The position numbers and the translations under genes were made by a program. The notes beneath the pieces were generated by a model, which did not search any database, had not been told where the DNA came from, and saw nothing but the letters and a program-made list of their open reading frames with translations. From a bacterium (lineage in GTDB: Bacteria; UBA8248), in contig OY843592.1 of assembly GCA_963692865.2 (NCBI GenBank), positions 736,001 to 800,000 on the forward strand: a DNA stretch of 64,000 nucleotides. The letters are read 5' to 3'. This document shows positions 47,808 to 60,061 of this stretch, piece after piece (position 1 is the first letter of the stretch; each line of letters begins with the position of its first letter).

Positions 47808-48254
47808 TCAAGGCCCAATCGGGGGGCCGGCGGGCGACGGCTCGGGAAGTCGCCAGATGCGCGGCGAGGCGAGTTCCACGCTGTTCCCCGCCGGGTCCCG
47901 GAAGTAGACGGAGCGCCCCCCGCCGGGCCATTCGATCTCCTTCTCGACGGCGACGCCCCGCTCGGCCAGCCGCTCCCGCCAGGCGGCCGTCTCGGCCTCC
48001 CGGACGGCGAACGTCACGTGCCCCGGCCCCGCCGCGCCGTGCGTCGGCACGCCGAGCTTCGCGTCGGGCCTGGCCGTCGCCTCGGGGTTGAAGACGAGGA
48101 AGACCGCGCGCGGCCCGCAGCGAAAGAACACGTGGCGGCCCGGCGCTTTCTGAAAGGCTTCGAGGCCCAGCACGGAGCGGTAGAACGCCTCGGCCGCTTC
48201 GAGATCATCGGCGTAGACGCACGTTTCCAGGACGCCTGCGACTTCGAGGCTCAA
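47808..48254 (-). CDS. VOC (glyoxalase/bleomycin resistance) family protein
   Basis: VLETCVYADDL..AEAFYRSVLGL, GHVTF, SVYFRDPAGNSVEL. Confidence 0.9.
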   Translation of the reverse strand: MSLEVAGVLETCVYADDLEAAEAFYRSVLGLEAFQKAPGRHVFFRCGPRAVFLVFNPEATARPDAKLGVPTHGAAGPGHVTFAVREAETAAWRERLAERGVAVEKEIEWPGGGRSVYFRDPAGNSVELASPRIWRLPEPSPAGPPIGP

Positions 48255-48255
48255 C

Positions 48256-49032
48256 TCATCTGCCCTTCCATTCGGGCTTTCTCTTCTCCAGAAAGGCGCG
48301 CAGGCCCTCCGCCTTGTCCTCGGTCTCGCAGAGCGCGCCCTGGGCGAACTTCTCGAGCGCCAGGCCCGCCGTCATGCTCCCCTCCATGCCGTAGTGCACC
48401 ATGGCCTTCATGAACTGGGGCACGAAAGGCGCGTAGGCCGCGAGTTTTTCGGCCATCTCCCTGACGGCGGGCATGAGTTCGCCGGCCTCGACCAGCCGGG
48501 TGATGAGGCCGATCTCCAGCGCGCGCGCCGCGTCGATGGTCTCCCCCATCAGGAGCATCTCCATCGCCCAGGCGCGTCCGACGAGGCGGGGCAGGCGCTG
48601 GGTGGCGCCCCCGCCGGGGATGATGCCGATTCTCCCCTCCGGCGTGGCGAACCTGGACTGCGGCGTCGCGACTCTCAGATCACAGCCGAGCGCCACCTCC
48701 AGCCCGCCGCCCATGCAATAGCCGTTGATGGCGGCTATCGTCGCCTTGGGCGTTCTCTCCAGCCGCTCCGCCACGCCCTGCACCAGCGGGGTGAGCGCGA
48801 CCGCGAGGTTCCTGCGCTCGACTTCCTCGAGGTCCGAGCCCGAGGCGAACGCCTTCTCCCCCGCCCCGGTGACGGCGATGGCGCGCACGGCCTCGTCCCC
48901 CGCCGCCTCGGCGATGGCGGCGTGCAGATCGTCCAGCGTGGCCAGGGATATGGCATTATGCCGCTCGGGGCGGTTGATGGTGATCAGGGCGAGGGGCCCC
49001 TCGACTTCATAGAGCACGTTTTCGTATGGCAT
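48256..49032 (-). CDS. Enoyl-CoA hydratase/isomerase family protein
   Basis: INRPERHNA, MGGGLEVALGCD, PGGGATQRLPRLVG, AFLEKRKPEWKGR. Confidence 0.92.
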   Translation of the reverse strand: MPYENVLYEVEGPLALITINRPERHNAISLATLDDLHAAIAEAAGDEAVRAIAVTGAGEKAFASGSDLEEVERRNLAVALTPLVQGVAERLERTPKATIAAINGYCMGGGLEVALGCDLRVATPQSRFATPEGRIGIIPGGGATQRLPRLVGRAWAMEMLLMGETIDAARALEIGLITRLVEAGELMPAVREMAEKLAAYAPFVPQFMKAMVHYGMEGSMTAGLALEKFAQGALCETEDKAEGLRAFLEKRKPEWKGR

Positions 49033-49096
49033 GATCGTCCTTTCTCGTGAGTGACCTGGAGGCCATTGTATTTCTCTTTTCGGGGGAAGGAAAATC

Positions 49097-49624
49097 ATGC
49101 CGCCTCAAAAGGTGCGGGAAGTGACAGGGTGCGCGCCCCGGAAATACGGGCGGTACCGCTATTTTCTGGAGGTGCGGATCGCCGAAGAACACGCGCGGAC
49201 GCTCACCGTTATCCTCAAGAACCCCTCCACGGCGTCCGCCGAGAGGAGCGACCCCACCGTGGGGAAAGTGGAAGCCTGGGCGCGAAAGAGGGGTTTCGGG
49301 CGCATCCGGTACGTGAACCTCTTCGCGCTGCGCTCGCCTTATCCCGAGGTGTTGAACGCCCATTCCTGCCGGGTGATGGTGGGGAGAGAGAACGATGCCT
49401 GGATAGAAAGAAGCCTGACCGGCGCGGACGTGGTGCTGGCCGCCTGGGGGAACCCGAACGGCGTCGATCCCGAGAAATACGAGAGAAGAATCACCGAGGT
49501 CTCGCGCCTGCTGAAAGGAGTCCGCGTCCGCGCCCTGGGGCCTCCGACCCGGCTGGGGCATCCCCGGCACGGCCTCATGTGGAACGGGGCGCTCAAGCCG
49601 CGCGAGTGGCGGTTCGCGTCTTAA
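49097..49624 (+). CDS. DUF1643 family protein
   Basis: YRYFL, NPSTA...DPT, VNLFALRS, ENDAWI, AAWG, GHPRH. Confidence 0.8.
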   Translation: MPPQKVREVTGCAPRKYGRYRYFLEVRIAEEHARTLTVILKNPSTASAERSDPTVGKVEAWARKRGFGRIRYVNLFALRSPYPEVLNAHSCRVMVGRENDAWIERSLTGADVVLAAWGNPNGVDPEKYERRITEVSRLLKGVRVRALGPPTRLGHPRHGLMWNGALKPREWRFAS

Positions 49625-50613
49625 GCCTCTCTGACTATCTTGTTCTTGAGAACGCCGATTCCCTCGATTTCGAGTTCGACCACGTCGCCGGGCTTGATCC
49701 ATTTATCAAGATCCGCCCCGCATCCCGTGGCCACGGTGCCCGAGCCGAACATCTCGCCCGGAACGAGTTCTTCCTCCATCGAGGCGTACTCGATCATCCT
49801 CTCCCAGGAGTAGTAGGCGTCGCCCGCGTTGCCCCGGCTCCATTCCTCGCCGTTGACGCGGGCGATCATCACCGCATCGGCCGGGTCGAATTCATCCGCC
49901 GTGACGACGCACGGGCCTATCGCCGTTCCGAAATCCTTGCCCTTGTGGGGCCCCAGCCAGTTTTTCATCTCCTCAATCTGGATGTCGCGGGCGCTGAAGT
50001 CGTTCAGCACGCTGAAGCCGAAAACGTGATCCATCGCGTTTTCCTGCGAGATGTCCTTGCCGCGCTTGCCGATGAACATGGCGAGTTCGAGCTCATAGTC
50101 GAGCTTTTCGGTGTAGCGCGGCCATTCGAGGTCGTCATCCGGGCCGATGATGGTCAGGCGGTTTCCCTTGTAGCAGGAGGGGAGCTCGTACCAGACGGGG
50201 TCGATGGCGGTGTTCCGGCGCCGCGCGCCGGCGGCCTTGTGGCCCTCGTGGATCAGAAAGTCGCGAAACGTGACGGGCCGGGGCACAGGGGGGCGCAAAC
50301 GCGCCTCCTCCAGGGAGAAGACGAGTCGCTCCCCGTCCGGCCCGCGCCTGTCCGGGTTCGCCAGGATGAATTCCTGCGCCGCCCGGGCGGCTTCGAGCGA
50401 GGGTTCTCCGCCCGCCATGAGTTCGCACATATCCTGGGGCAGCCTGAAATCGGCGTATTCGCGAAAACGCGGCTCCCGGCCTTCCTCCTGAAGGAGCGCG
50501 GCGTAGCCGTGGGCGAGGTCCAGGGCGATGGGTCCGCCTACGCCTTCCGCCAGAGCGCCGACGCGCGAGACGTTTCCGAGGAGGGTGGCGACTTCGAACG
50601 TGACGAATTTCAT
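49621..50613 (-). CDS. Fumarylacetoacetate hydrolase family protein
   Basis: FRDF..HE.H, YKGN, LDYELEL, NDFSARDIQ, KGKDF, GSGT. Confidence 0.92.
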   Translation of the reverse strand: MKFVTFEVATLLGNVSRVGALAEGVGGPIALDLAHGYAALLQEEGREPRFREYADFRLPQDMCELMAGGEPSLEAARAAQEFILANPDRRGPDGERLVFSLEEARLRPPVPRPVTFRDFLIHEGHKAAGARRRNTAIDPVWYELPSCYKGNRLTIIGPDDDLEWPRYTEKLDYELELAMFIGKRGKDISQENAMDHVFGFSVLNDFSARDIQIEEMKNWLGPHKGKDFGTAIGPCVVTADEFDPADAVMIARVNGEEWSRGNAGDAYYSWERMIEYASMEEELVPGEMFGSGTVATGCGADLDKWIKPGDVVELEIEGIGVLKNKIVREA

Positions 50614-50936
50614 TGCGCTCTCCATGAACGAGGCAGGCGATACGAGCGTTTTCGGATTGTCCGGAAAATAGCACAAATCCCCGTGCGCGAGGAGGCAAGG
50701 CGCGCCGAAGACGTGAGATCGAACGCCCCGAATCCGAGAAGTTGCAAAAAATCCCTCCGGGGCTTGACTTCGGCCATGGCTGTGGGTAGTTTTAAGCGTT
50801 TTTCGGGGCAGGAGATCAAGCCATGCCCTTGAAAACCATAGGAATTCATACGCCATTCCCCGACGGTTTTCGTGGAAGCGCCTGAACCCCTTGGGGATGA
50901 GTTTGCGCCCTGCGGGGGCAGGATGCAGAGGAAACG

Positions 50937-51515
50937 ATGGTCCGCCTTTTCCATTTGAAACGATTCGCTTTCGGTGTGACGCCGATACTGATGCTGCTGG
51001 CCGCGCCGTCCATCTCCTGGGCGGCGAGCGCTCCCACGAGCGGTTTCGGCGCCTGGCTCGCGGGCTTCAACGTGGGAAGCGGCGCCCTGGTCATCAACCC
51101 GGTCGTCATCCTGATTCAGTGGGTCAACTTTCTGATCCTGCTGATCGTCCTCAACAAGATTCTGATCAAACCCCTGCTGGGCCACATGGAATCGCGCGAC
51201 GCGCAGATCACCGGCGACCTCCAAACCGCCGAGCGCGACAGGGGCGAGGCGGCCGGCTACATCAGCCAGTACGAGGACGCGCTGGCGGAAATTCAGCGCG
51301 AGAACACCGAGGCCCTCATCGCGCTCCAGCAGGAGATGACCGAGGCGACCCGCAAGCGCCTCGATGAGGTTCGCGAGAGAACGAGCCGCGAGATCGAGGA
51401 GACGCGCCAGTCCATCGCGGCGCAGGCGAAACAGGCGGCTTCCGAACTCGAGAGCGGGGCCGGTCGGCTGGCGGGTGAAATCGCCACGAGGCTGGCGGGC
51501 CGCAGCATCGCATAG
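50937..51515 (+). CDS. atpF: ATP synthase F0 subunit b'
   Basis: IQWVNFLILLIVLNKILIKP TM segment followed by coiled coil; first gene of atp cluster. Confidence 0.85.
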   Translation: MVRLFHLKRFAFGVTPILMLLAAPSISWAASAPTSGFGAWLAGFNVGSGALVINPVVILIQWVNFLILLIVLNKILIKPLLGHMESRDAQITGDLQTAERDRGEAAGYISQYEDALAEIQRENTEALIALQQEMTEATRKRLDEVRERTSREIEETRQSIAAQAKQAASELESGAGRLAGEIATRLAGRSIA

Positions 51516-51530
51516 AGGATCCGAATAGCC

Positions 51531-52133
51531 GTGCTTTCAGAGAAAAAATTCATCAGCCTTTCGGGCCTCCTGGTTCTGGCGGCGGCCCTGCCAGGCGCGG
51601 AATGGGCCTTGGCCGCGGAAGCCGGGGCGCATGCAAAAGCGTTCAGCTTTACCGAGGAGCTCTTCAAGCTCGTCAACACGCTCATCGTCGTGGGCATTCT
51701 CTACAAGGTCGCGTATCACCCCATCAGGAACTTCCTCAAGGACAGGCGGGAGGGCATTCGCAAGGCGCTCGAAGAATCCCGGGCCGCCCGCGAGGAGGCG
51801 GAAAAACAGCTTGCCGAGCAGCGCTCGAAGGTGGCCGATCTCGAAGCCGAACTCGTGCGCGTTCGCGAGCAAGGCGAGAAAGAGCGCGCCGCTATGCGCG
51901 AAAGACTTAAAGAAGAACAGGAGAATCAGGCGCAGCGCCTGCTCGCTCAGACAAGAACGACTATCGAGCTCGAAGCTTCCAAGGCGCGCGCGGACCTTCA
52001 GAACCAGGCGGCGAGCCTGGCGTTGAACCTCGCCGAGGAGATGCTCAACAAGGAGTTGGGCGAGGCGGATCAGGAAAGATTCGTCGAGAACTATCTCGCC
52101 AGGCTCGAGGATAGAAACGGAGGTTCGCTGTGA
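51531..52133 (+). CDS. atpF: ATP synthase F0 subunit b
   Basis: TM segment, PIRNFLKDRREGI, coiled coil. Confidence 0.88.
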   Translation: MLSEKKFISLSGLLVLAAALPGAEWALAAEAGAHAKAFSFTEELFKLVNTLIVVGILYKVAYHPIRNFLKDRREGIRKALEESRAAREEAEKQLAEQRSKVADLEAELVRVREQGEKERAAMRERLKEEQENQAQRLLAQTRTTIELEASKARADLQNQAASLALNLAEEMLNKELGEADQERFVENYLARLEDRNGGSL

Positions 52134-52672
52134 TTGGTGGCGAAGCTGCGCGCCGCTATGCGCGGGCATTGGTGGACATCGCCGAGAGCCGCGGCGTTCT
52201 GGACGAAACCGGAGAGGCGCTGACGGAGATAGCGGGCGAATTTCAGGGAAACCGGGAGTTGCGGCGCGTTTTGCTGAACCCGCGTTTCGCGCGCGCCGAA
52301 CGGGTGAAAATACTCGATGAGATAATGGCCGCATCGGGCGCGAACGAGTTGTTGCGCAGTTTCGTGCGCGTGGTGGCCGAGAAAGACCGCATCGGCGAAC
52401 TCTCCGACATGGCGCACAGCTACCAACGGCTTGCGGACGAGAGGCGCGGGCGGGTTCGCGCCCAGGTCAAGTCGGCCTATGATCTGGACGCAGAGGCCAT
52501 CGAAGGGTTGCGCGAAAAACTCTCCAAGATCACCGGAAGCGAGGTGCTCATGGAGGTAGAGACGGACGAGACGCTGATTGGCGGGCTGGTCTGCCGCGTG
52601 GGCGGCGTCGTGATGGACGGCAGCATCAAGAACCAGCTACGCAATTTAAGGAATACGTTGATTACGAATTGA
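52130..52672 (+). CDS. atpH: ATP synthase subunit delta
   Basis: [21 protein letters not shown]...DGSIKNQL. Confidence 0.95.
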   Translation: MIGGEAARRYARALVDIAESRGVLDETGEALTEIAGEFQGNRELRRVLLNPRFARAERVKILDEIMAASGANELLRSFVRVVAEKDRIGELSDMAHSYQRLADERRGRVRAQVKSAYDLDAEAIEGLREKLSKITGSEVLMEVETDETLIGGLVCRVGGVVMDGSIKNQLRNLRNTLITN

Positions 52673-52710
52673 TACTCTCTGAACAAGTTGAAGCATCGAG
52701 GGGGCAATCC

Positions 52711-54252
52711 ATGCAGATTCGCGCCGAAGAAATCAGCCAGATCATCCAGAAACAAATCGAGGGATTCGACGCCTCGGTCGAACTCGCGGAGACCGGCAGC
52801 GTCATCTCGGTGGGCGACGGCATCGCCCGCGTCTATGGTCTTGAGAAGTGCATGGCAGGTGAATTATTGGCCTTCCCGGGCGATTTATACGGAATGGCGC
52901 TCAACCTCGAAACCGACAACGTCGGCGCCGTGCTTCTGGGCGATGACCGCGCCATCAAGGAAGGCGACGAGGTCCGGCGAACAGGGCGCATCGTGCAGGT
53001 GCCCGTCGGCAAAGCGCTGGCCGGCCGCGTCGTGAACGCGCTGGGCCAACCCATCGACGGAAAAGGCCCCATCGAGACCGATGACACCCAAAACCTGGAA
53101 GTCATCGCCCCCGGCGTGGTGGATCGACAGCCCGTGAAGGAGCCCTTGCAGACCGGAATCAAGGCCATCGACGGCATGGTTCCCATCGGCCGAGGACAGC
53201 GTGAACTCATCATCGGCGACCGCCAGACCGGCAAGACCGCCATCGCGGTCGACGCCATCATCAACCAGAAAAACACCGACGTGTACTGCATCTACGTCTG
53301 CACCGGCCAGAAGCGCTCCACGCTCGCGCAGGTGGTGAGCACGCTCGAGGAATACGGCGCGATGGACTACACCGTCGTCGTGGCGGCTACGGCCTCCGAC
53401 CCCGCGCCTTTGCAGTACATCTCGCCCTATGCCGGTTGCGCCATCGGCGAGTATTTCCGAGACAACGGCATGCACGCGCTGATCATCTACGACGACCTGT
53501 CGAAACAGGCGGCAGCCTATCGTCAACTTTCCTTGATGCTCAGGCGTCCGCCGGGCCGCGAAGCCTATCCCGGAGACGTTTTCTACCTCCACTCGCGCCT
53601 GCTGGAGCGAGCGGCGAAGCTGAGCGACGACTTGGGCGGCGGTTCGCTGACGGCCCTGCCCATCATCGAAACGCAGGCGGGCGACGTGTCGGCCTACATC
53701 CCGACGAACGTGATCTCCATCACCGACGGGCAGATTTATCTCGAATCCGCCCTGTTCCACTCGGGCATCCGGCCGGCCATCAACGTGGGGCTTTCCGTCT
53801 CCCGCGTGGGCGGCGCCGCACAGAACAAGGCCATGAAGAAGGTGGCCGGCACCTTGCGCCTCGATCTGGCGCAGTACCGCGAAATGGCGGCTTTTGCGCA
53901 GTTCGGTTCCGAACTCGACGCGGCCACGCAGGCGCAGTTGTCCCGGGGTTCGCGTCTGACGGAACTGCTCAAGCAGCCCCAGTATGCGCCCGAGATAGTT
54001 CATCGCCAGATCATGTCGATATTCCTGGGTACGCAAGGCTATCTCGACAGCGTGGACATCAACGACATCCAGAAGGTGAACAACGACTTCCTGACCTACA
54101 TGGAGACGAGCCACGCGCAGTTGGTGAGCGACTTGGCGGAAAAACGCGAGTTGACCGACGAGATCACCGAGGGATTGCGGGCTGCGTGCGAAGAGTTCGT
54201 GAAGACGCTTCAGGCGGCGGAGCCCGAGACGGCGGCCGCGGCGGCGGAATAG
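52711..54252 (+). CDS. atpA: ATP synthase subunit alpha
   Basis: [40 protein letters not shown]. Confidence 0.98.
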   Translation: MQIRAEEISQIIQKQIEGFDASVELAETGSVISVGDGIARVYGLEKCMAGELLAFPGDLYGMALNLETDNVGAVLLGDDRAIKEGDEVRRTGRIVQVPVGKALAGRVVNALGQPIDGKGPIETDDTQNLEVIAPGVVDRQPVKEPLQTGIKAIDGMVPIGRGQRELIIGDRQTGKTAIAVDAIINQKNTDVYCIYVCTGQKRSTLAQVVSTLEEYGAMDYTVVVAATASDPAPLQYISPYAGCAIGEYFRDNGMHALIIYDDLSKQAAAYRQLSLMLRRPPGREAYPGDVFYLHSRLLERAAKLSDDLGGGSLTALPIIETQAGDVSAYIPTNVISITDGQIYLESALFHSGIRPAINVGLSVSRVGGAAQNKAMKKVAGTLRLDLAQYREMAAFAQFGSELDAATQAQLSRGSRLTELLKQPQYAPEIVHRQIMSIFLGTQGYLDSVDINDIQKVNNDFLTYMETSHAQLVSDLAEKRELTDEITEGLRAACEEFVKTLQAAEPETAAAAAE

Positions 54253-54259
54253 GTGGAAA

Positions 54260-55141
54260 ATGGCCTCTACCAGAGATTACAAGCGCCGAATACGCAGCGT
54301 TAAGAACACCCAGCAGATCACGCGGGCGATGAAGCTCGTGGCGGCTTCGAAGGTGCGCAGAGCGCAGGAGCGCATCGAGAGCGCCCGGCCCTACAGCGAG
54401 AAGATAGAAGAGCTGGTGAACTCGCTGGCCGCGAAAGTCTCGGCGGACACGCACCCCCTTCTCCGCGACGATATGAAGGACGATAGGGTTCTTTTGCTCG
54501 TCATCACCTCGGACAAGGGCCTTTGCGGCGGCTACAACACCAACCTGCTCCGCCAGGCGCTTCAGTTTTTGAGGACGCGTGAGGAGCAAGGCAAGGAGAC
54601 GGAAATCATCGTCGTAGGCCGCAAGGGCCGCGATTTCCTGGCCCGCCGGGAATTTTCCTTCAAGGAGCAGTTCACCGAAGTATACGGAAAGATAGACTTC
54701 GACCTCGCCACCCGACTGGCCGAGATGATGACCAGGGCGTATCTCGAAGAAAGCTTCGATGAGGTCCACATCATCACCACGGAGTTTCGAACGATTCTGA
54801 GCCAGAGCCCGAGGCTCTCGCGGCTTCTGCCTCTGGCGCCTCCGGTGCCTGAGTCTATCGACGCGCAAGGCGAGCCCGTGGCGGCGGAATACATTTACGA
54901 GCCTTCGATGGAGGGCGTGCTGGACAGCATCCTGCCGAGGCACGTGCGGGTGCAGATCTACAGGGCGCTTCTCGACGCGGAGGCGAGCGAGTTCGGCGCC
55001 CGCATGACGGCGATGGACAACGCGTCCAGAAACGCCGAGGAGATGATCGGGACGCTGACCCTGCAGATGAACCGCGTGCGCCAGGCTTCGATCACCACGG
55101 AGTTGCTCGAAGTGGTGGCCGGCGCAGATGCGCTGGCATAG
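54260..55141 (+). CDS. atpG: ATP synthase subunit gamma
   Basis: QITRAMKLVA, SDKGLCGGYN, ARMTAMDNA, RQASITTEL. Confidence 0.98.
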   Translation: MASTRDYKRRIRSVKNTQQITRAMKLVAASKVRRAQERIESARPYSEKIEELVNSLAAKVSADTHPLLRDDMKDDRVLLLVITSDKGLCGGYNTNLLRQALQFLRTREEQGKETEIIVVGRKGRDFLARREFSFKEQFTEVYGKIDFDLATRLAEMMTRAYLEESFDEVHIITTEFRTILSQSPRLSRLLPLAPPVPESIDAQGEPVAAEYIYEPSMEGVLDSILPRHVRVQIYRALLDAEASEFGARMTAMDNASRNAEEMIGTLTLQMNRVRQASITTELLEVVAGADALA

Positions 55142-55187
55142 AGGTTTCGAGAAAGAGAAAACATTTCCGAACAGAGCCGCTCGATGA

Positions 55188-56648
<1,461 letters not shown>

Positions 56649-56652
56649 GAGA

Positions 56653-57078
56653 ATGGTTGAAGGCAAGATGATGCTCGACATCGTAACGCCCGAGAGAAAG
56701 CTCGTCTCCGCCGAGGTGGACGAGGTGACGGCCCCGGGGTTTTACGGGGAGTTCGGCGTGTTGCCCCAGCACACGCCCTACCTGTGCCAACTGGGCGTCG
56801 GCGTGCTCAGCTATCGCACGGGGAGCGCGCGGTATTTCGTCTCCATCATCGAGGGGTACGCCGAGGTGGGACCCGACAAGATAACCATACTGGCGGAGCA
56901 CGCCGAACGGGCCGAGGACATCGACGCCGAGCGCGCGCAGGATTCCCGCCGGCGCGCGCAGGAGCGCATGGCGGGCCAGAAGAGCGAAGAAGAGCTTGAT
57001 TTCGATCGGGCCGAGTTGGCCCTCAAGCGCGCCATCACCCGCATTTCCGTGGCGAACCAGAGCGGCCTCAGCAACTAG
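56653..57078 (+). CDS. atpC: ATP synthase subunit epsilon
   Basis: LDIVTPER, GEFGVLPQH, ALKRAITRI. Confidence 0.95.
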   Translation: MVEGKMMLDIVTPERKLVSAEVDEVTAPGFYGEFGVLPQHTPYLCQLGVGVLSYRTGSARYFVSIIEGYAEVGPDKITILAEHAERAEDIDAERAQDSRRRAQERMAGQKSEEELDFDRAELALKRAITRISVANQSGLSN

Positions 57079-57241
57079 CGGATTTTTCGCACGAGGGCCG
57101 TCGCTTACCCCATGGGGTGAATGACGGCCTTCTTTTTTTGTCGTATACATGAGCCTGAAAGCCGCGTTCGTCCGCTCGGGCGTGCGCCCATTTCCAGATA
57201 CGCCGCCTTGAGTGAAAGTTTCGTTTTCAGGAGATGACGCC

Positions 57242-57685
57242 ATGAAAATCGTATCCTTGGCCGTGTTCGCGTTCGTGATATCGCTCCTTCTGGCGGCGCC
57301 CTCTTATCCGGCGGGCGACCCCAAGCCCCAAATGGCCGGAGAAAATTATGCGCAAGGAGAGGCAAAGGCGCGGGAGGGAAAATGGGCCGAAGCGGCGGAG
57401 TTGTTTCGTAAAGTCATCGAAGAAGACGGCGGGCACTACAAGGCCTGGAACATGCTGGGTTATTCCCTGAGGAAAATGGGCAAGGCGAATGAGGCCATCG
57501 CCGCCTACGACAAGGCGCTCTCCATCAAGCCCGATTATGCTCCCGCCCTGGAATATCGAGGCGTCGCCCACGTGATGGCCGGGAACAAGGCGGCCGCACT
57601 GGCGGATCTGCAAAAGCTCAAGAGCCTGGGTTCTCCGCTTGCCGAAGACTTGGGCAAGGCGATAGCGGCCATGCCGGCCAACTGA
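57242..57685 (+). CDS. Exported tetratricopeptide-repeat protein
   Basis: AGGAG RBS, signal peptide, AWNMLGYSLRKMG...AYDKALSIKPDY...EYRG. Confidence 0.85.
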   Translation: MKIVSLAVFAFVISLLLAAPSYPAGDPKPQMAGENYAQGEAKAREGKWAEAAELFRKVIEEDGGHYKAWNMLGYSLRKMGKANEAIAAYDKALSIKPDYAPALEYRGVAHVMAGNKAAALADLQKLKSLGSPLAEDLGKAIAAMPAN

Positions 57686-57702
57686 TTTGCTCTGTCATTA
57701 TA

Positions 57703-57737
57703 GCCGCCCCGCAGGTTCTCCCCGCGGGGCGGTTTTT
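57703..57737 (+). terminator. Rho-independent terminator
   Basis: GCCGCCCCGC...GCGGGGCGGT followed by TTTT between convergent genes. Confidence 0.7.
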
Positions 57738-58926
57738 ATATGCGCATGAACTTCATGGGGAACTTCTGGAGTGCGCGCGCGCCCGTTTTGGTGACCTCCA
57801 CGAGGTTTCCCACCTGGAGACCGCGCTTGCCGTCCGCCGTGCAGACGTTGGGCTGAATCACCATGAGCATCCCCTCCTTGAAGGTGATCTCGTTCTGGGG
57901 ACGCTTGAGGATGGTGGCGGCCACGTCGACGCGGGGATTTTCGATGAGCAGCCCCCAGCCGTGGAAGGTGGTGTCGAAGGTCGTGAAGCCTTCCTCCTCG
58001 ATGATGGAACCCGCGCTCCGAATGTCCTCATGCGTGTTGCCCGGCTTCAATGCCTTGAGGATGCGCTCGTAGGCCTCCACGCCCACTTCGTAGAGCTTCC
58101 GGTAGATGGGGGTCGGCGCCACGCCGACGGAGATGGGCCGGTGCGCCTGGCCGGGGTGCATCTCGTAGTCGGCGGATAGCTCCGTGAGCACGATGTCGCC
58201 TTTTCTGATCTTGCGGTGGGACGGAAACTGGTTGGGGAAGATCAGCTGCGGCCTCGCCATGGAGGTCGAACCCACGAAGATGAGCTGCGGGCTCCCGCCC
58301 CTGGGCACGTATGCGCCGGAGATGGTGGCGGCGAGTTCGAACTCGCTCATCCCAATCTTTGCTTTTTTATCCAGCGCCTCGAAGGCCATGTCCGTGAGCG
58401 CCGCCCCGCGCCGGAACCACTTGAGTTCCTCTTTGCTCTTGATGAGCCGCACTTCGGCCAGGATGTCCGATGCGTCGGTGAAATTCGCGCCCTTGAGAGC
58501 CTCGCGCCAGTAGTCCACCACGCTGAACGGCAGGGAGACGGGCAGAATGCCGCGAAAGCCGACCAGGCCGATGGTTCCTTTCTCAAGCCCCAGTTCGCGA
58601 ATGCGTCCTTCGACCTTGGGTCCCGGCTCGTAGTCCACGGCTTCGGTCTTCGCGATGATGCTCATCCTTTTGGCGTAGGGCAGGTAGAGCCTGTTCGATA
58701 TGAAAAGAGCGGGCGCGCCCCTGAGCGGAAAGACGAAGAAGCTGCTCACCGGGTCCTTGTAGTTCGTGACGTATTTGAGGTTGGCCTGGTTGCCGCCCTG
58801 CATTCCCGAATCCCCGTAGAAGATGAGGACGTCGATGCCCCGCGCGCGCATCCTTTTTCTGATCTCGCGGTAGCGGCGCGCGTATTCGGCTTTCGGGTAG
58901 CGGGGGAAGTCTCTGGTCGAGGCCAT
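57736..58926 (-). CDS. M24/creatinase-fold protein
   Basis: Creatinase-type N-domain, RLIKSKEEL, pita-bread domain; AAGGAG RBS. Confidence 0.88.
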   Translation of the reverse strand: MASTRDFPRYPKAEYARRYREIRKRMRARGIDVLIFYGDSGMQGGNQANLKYVTNYKDPVSSFFVFPLRGAPALFISNRLYLPYAKRMSIIAKTEAVDYEPGPKVEGRIRELGLEKGTIGLVGFRGILPVSLPFSVVDYWREALKGANFTDASDILAEVRLIKSKEELKWFRRGAALTDMAFEALDKKAKIGMSEFELAATISGAYVPRGGSPQLIFVGSTSMARPQLIFPNQFPSHRKIRKGDIVLTELSADYEMHPGQAHRPISVGVAPTPIYRKLYEVGVEAYERILKALKPGNTHEDIRSAGSIIEEEGFTTFDTTFHGWGLLIENPRVDVAATILKRPQNEITFKEGMLMVIQPNVCTADGKRGLQVGNLVEVTKTGARALQKFPMKFMRI

Positions 58927-58955
58927 GTTGGTGTCTCCTTGGAGGTTCGAAAGTC

Positions 58956-59963
58956 CTATGCCTTCAGTGCGGGCATGAGTTCGTCGGATATGAGCCGCGC
59001 GCTCTCCATCGCCGAGGAGGCGGGCATGCCGATCCAGTGCGTTCGGATGATGAGGTGGTTCACGCCCATGTCCTTGTAGGGTTTTAGTTGCTCGTAGCAA
59101 TCCTCCGGCGAGCCGATGACGAAGCGATCCTTGAGCAAATCCTCGAAGGGCTGATCGAAGGTCTCATCCTCGGGAAGAGCCTTGTCCTGCCCCCAGCGGG
59201 CGTAGTCCCTGTATTTCTGCCCGAGGTAGGGACCTGCGAGTTCGAGCGCCGTTTTCCTGTCCCTGGCGCAGAAGACCTCCTTCATGCAGGGGAGCTCCTC
59301 AGGCATGGATTTTCCCGCCTCGTCCAGCCCCTCGCGGTAGACGTCCATCTGGCGTGCGATGGTCTGCGTGGTGGCGTGGGGGTTGATGAAGAGCGTGTCG
59401 CCCATGTGCGCCGCGCGCTTCACGGCCGGGTCGTTGTTCGCCGCGAACCAGATGGGCGGATGGGGCTTCTGCACGGGGCGCATGTTCATGCGCACGTCTT
59501 CGAGCGAGCAGTATTCGCTCTCGAACGAGACGGACTCTTCCGTCCAGAGGCGTTTCACCAGTTCGAGGCAGTCCACGAAGCGCTTCACCCGCTCGCCGCG
59601 CCTGACGCCGAAGGCGTCGAACTCCACGTCTCGGTAGCCGAGGCCGACGCCGAACACCATGTTGCCCTCGGCGATGACGTCCATGGTGGCGACTGTCTCC
59701 GCTACGTAGACCGGGTTGTGCAGGTTGATGAGCAAGACGCCGATGCCGAGCGTCATGTCGCCCGCCTCCGCCTTCAAGCGCGCGAGAAAGGGCAGGTTCT
59801 GAAGATGCTGTACGTTCCCCTCGCTCAAGTAGTGCTGGCCGGTGAAGAAAGAATCCCAGCCCTTGTCCCGTGTAAGGCGAACAAGATCTATTTGAGAGTG
59901 AAAGGCTTCGACCAGATTGGCGTCCAGGGTCTGTTGCGCGGACAGAAAGATGCCGAATTTCAT
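58956..59963 (-). CDS. LLM-class flavin-dependent oxidoreductase
   Basis: MKFGIFL, HNPVYVAE, GVGLGYR..EF, PVQKPHPPIW, IGSPEDC. Confidence 0.92.
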   Translation of the reverse strand: MKFGIFLSAQQTLDANLVEAFHSQIDLVRLTRDKGWDSFFTGQHYLSEGNVQHLQNLPFLARLKAEAGDMTLGIGVLLINLHNPVYVAETVATMDVIAEGNMVFGVGLGYRDVEFDAFGVRRGERVKRFVDCLELVKRLWTEESVSFESEYCSLEDVRMNMRPVQKPHPPIWFAANNDPAVKRAAHMGDTLFINPHATTQTIARQMDVYREGLDEAGKSMPEELPCMKEVFCARDRKTALELAGPYLGQKYRDYARWGQDKALPEDETFDQPFEDLLKDRFVIGSPEDCYEQLKPYKDMGVNHLIIRTHWIGMPASSAMESARLISDELMPALKA

Positions 59964-60002
59964 GTCTGAACCTCAGAAAAGGCGGTTTATCCGTGAAGGT
60001 GT

Positions 60003-60039
60003 AAAAAAACCGCGGGGGGCGTTGAGCACCCCCCGCGGC
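60003..60039 (-). terminator. Rho-independent terminator of SBP copy 1
   Basis: CCGCGGGGGG...CCCCCCGCGG hairpin followed by T7 on the minus strand. Confidence 0.75.
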
Positions 60040-60061
60040 TTGGTGCAGCGAAAACGCCCGC

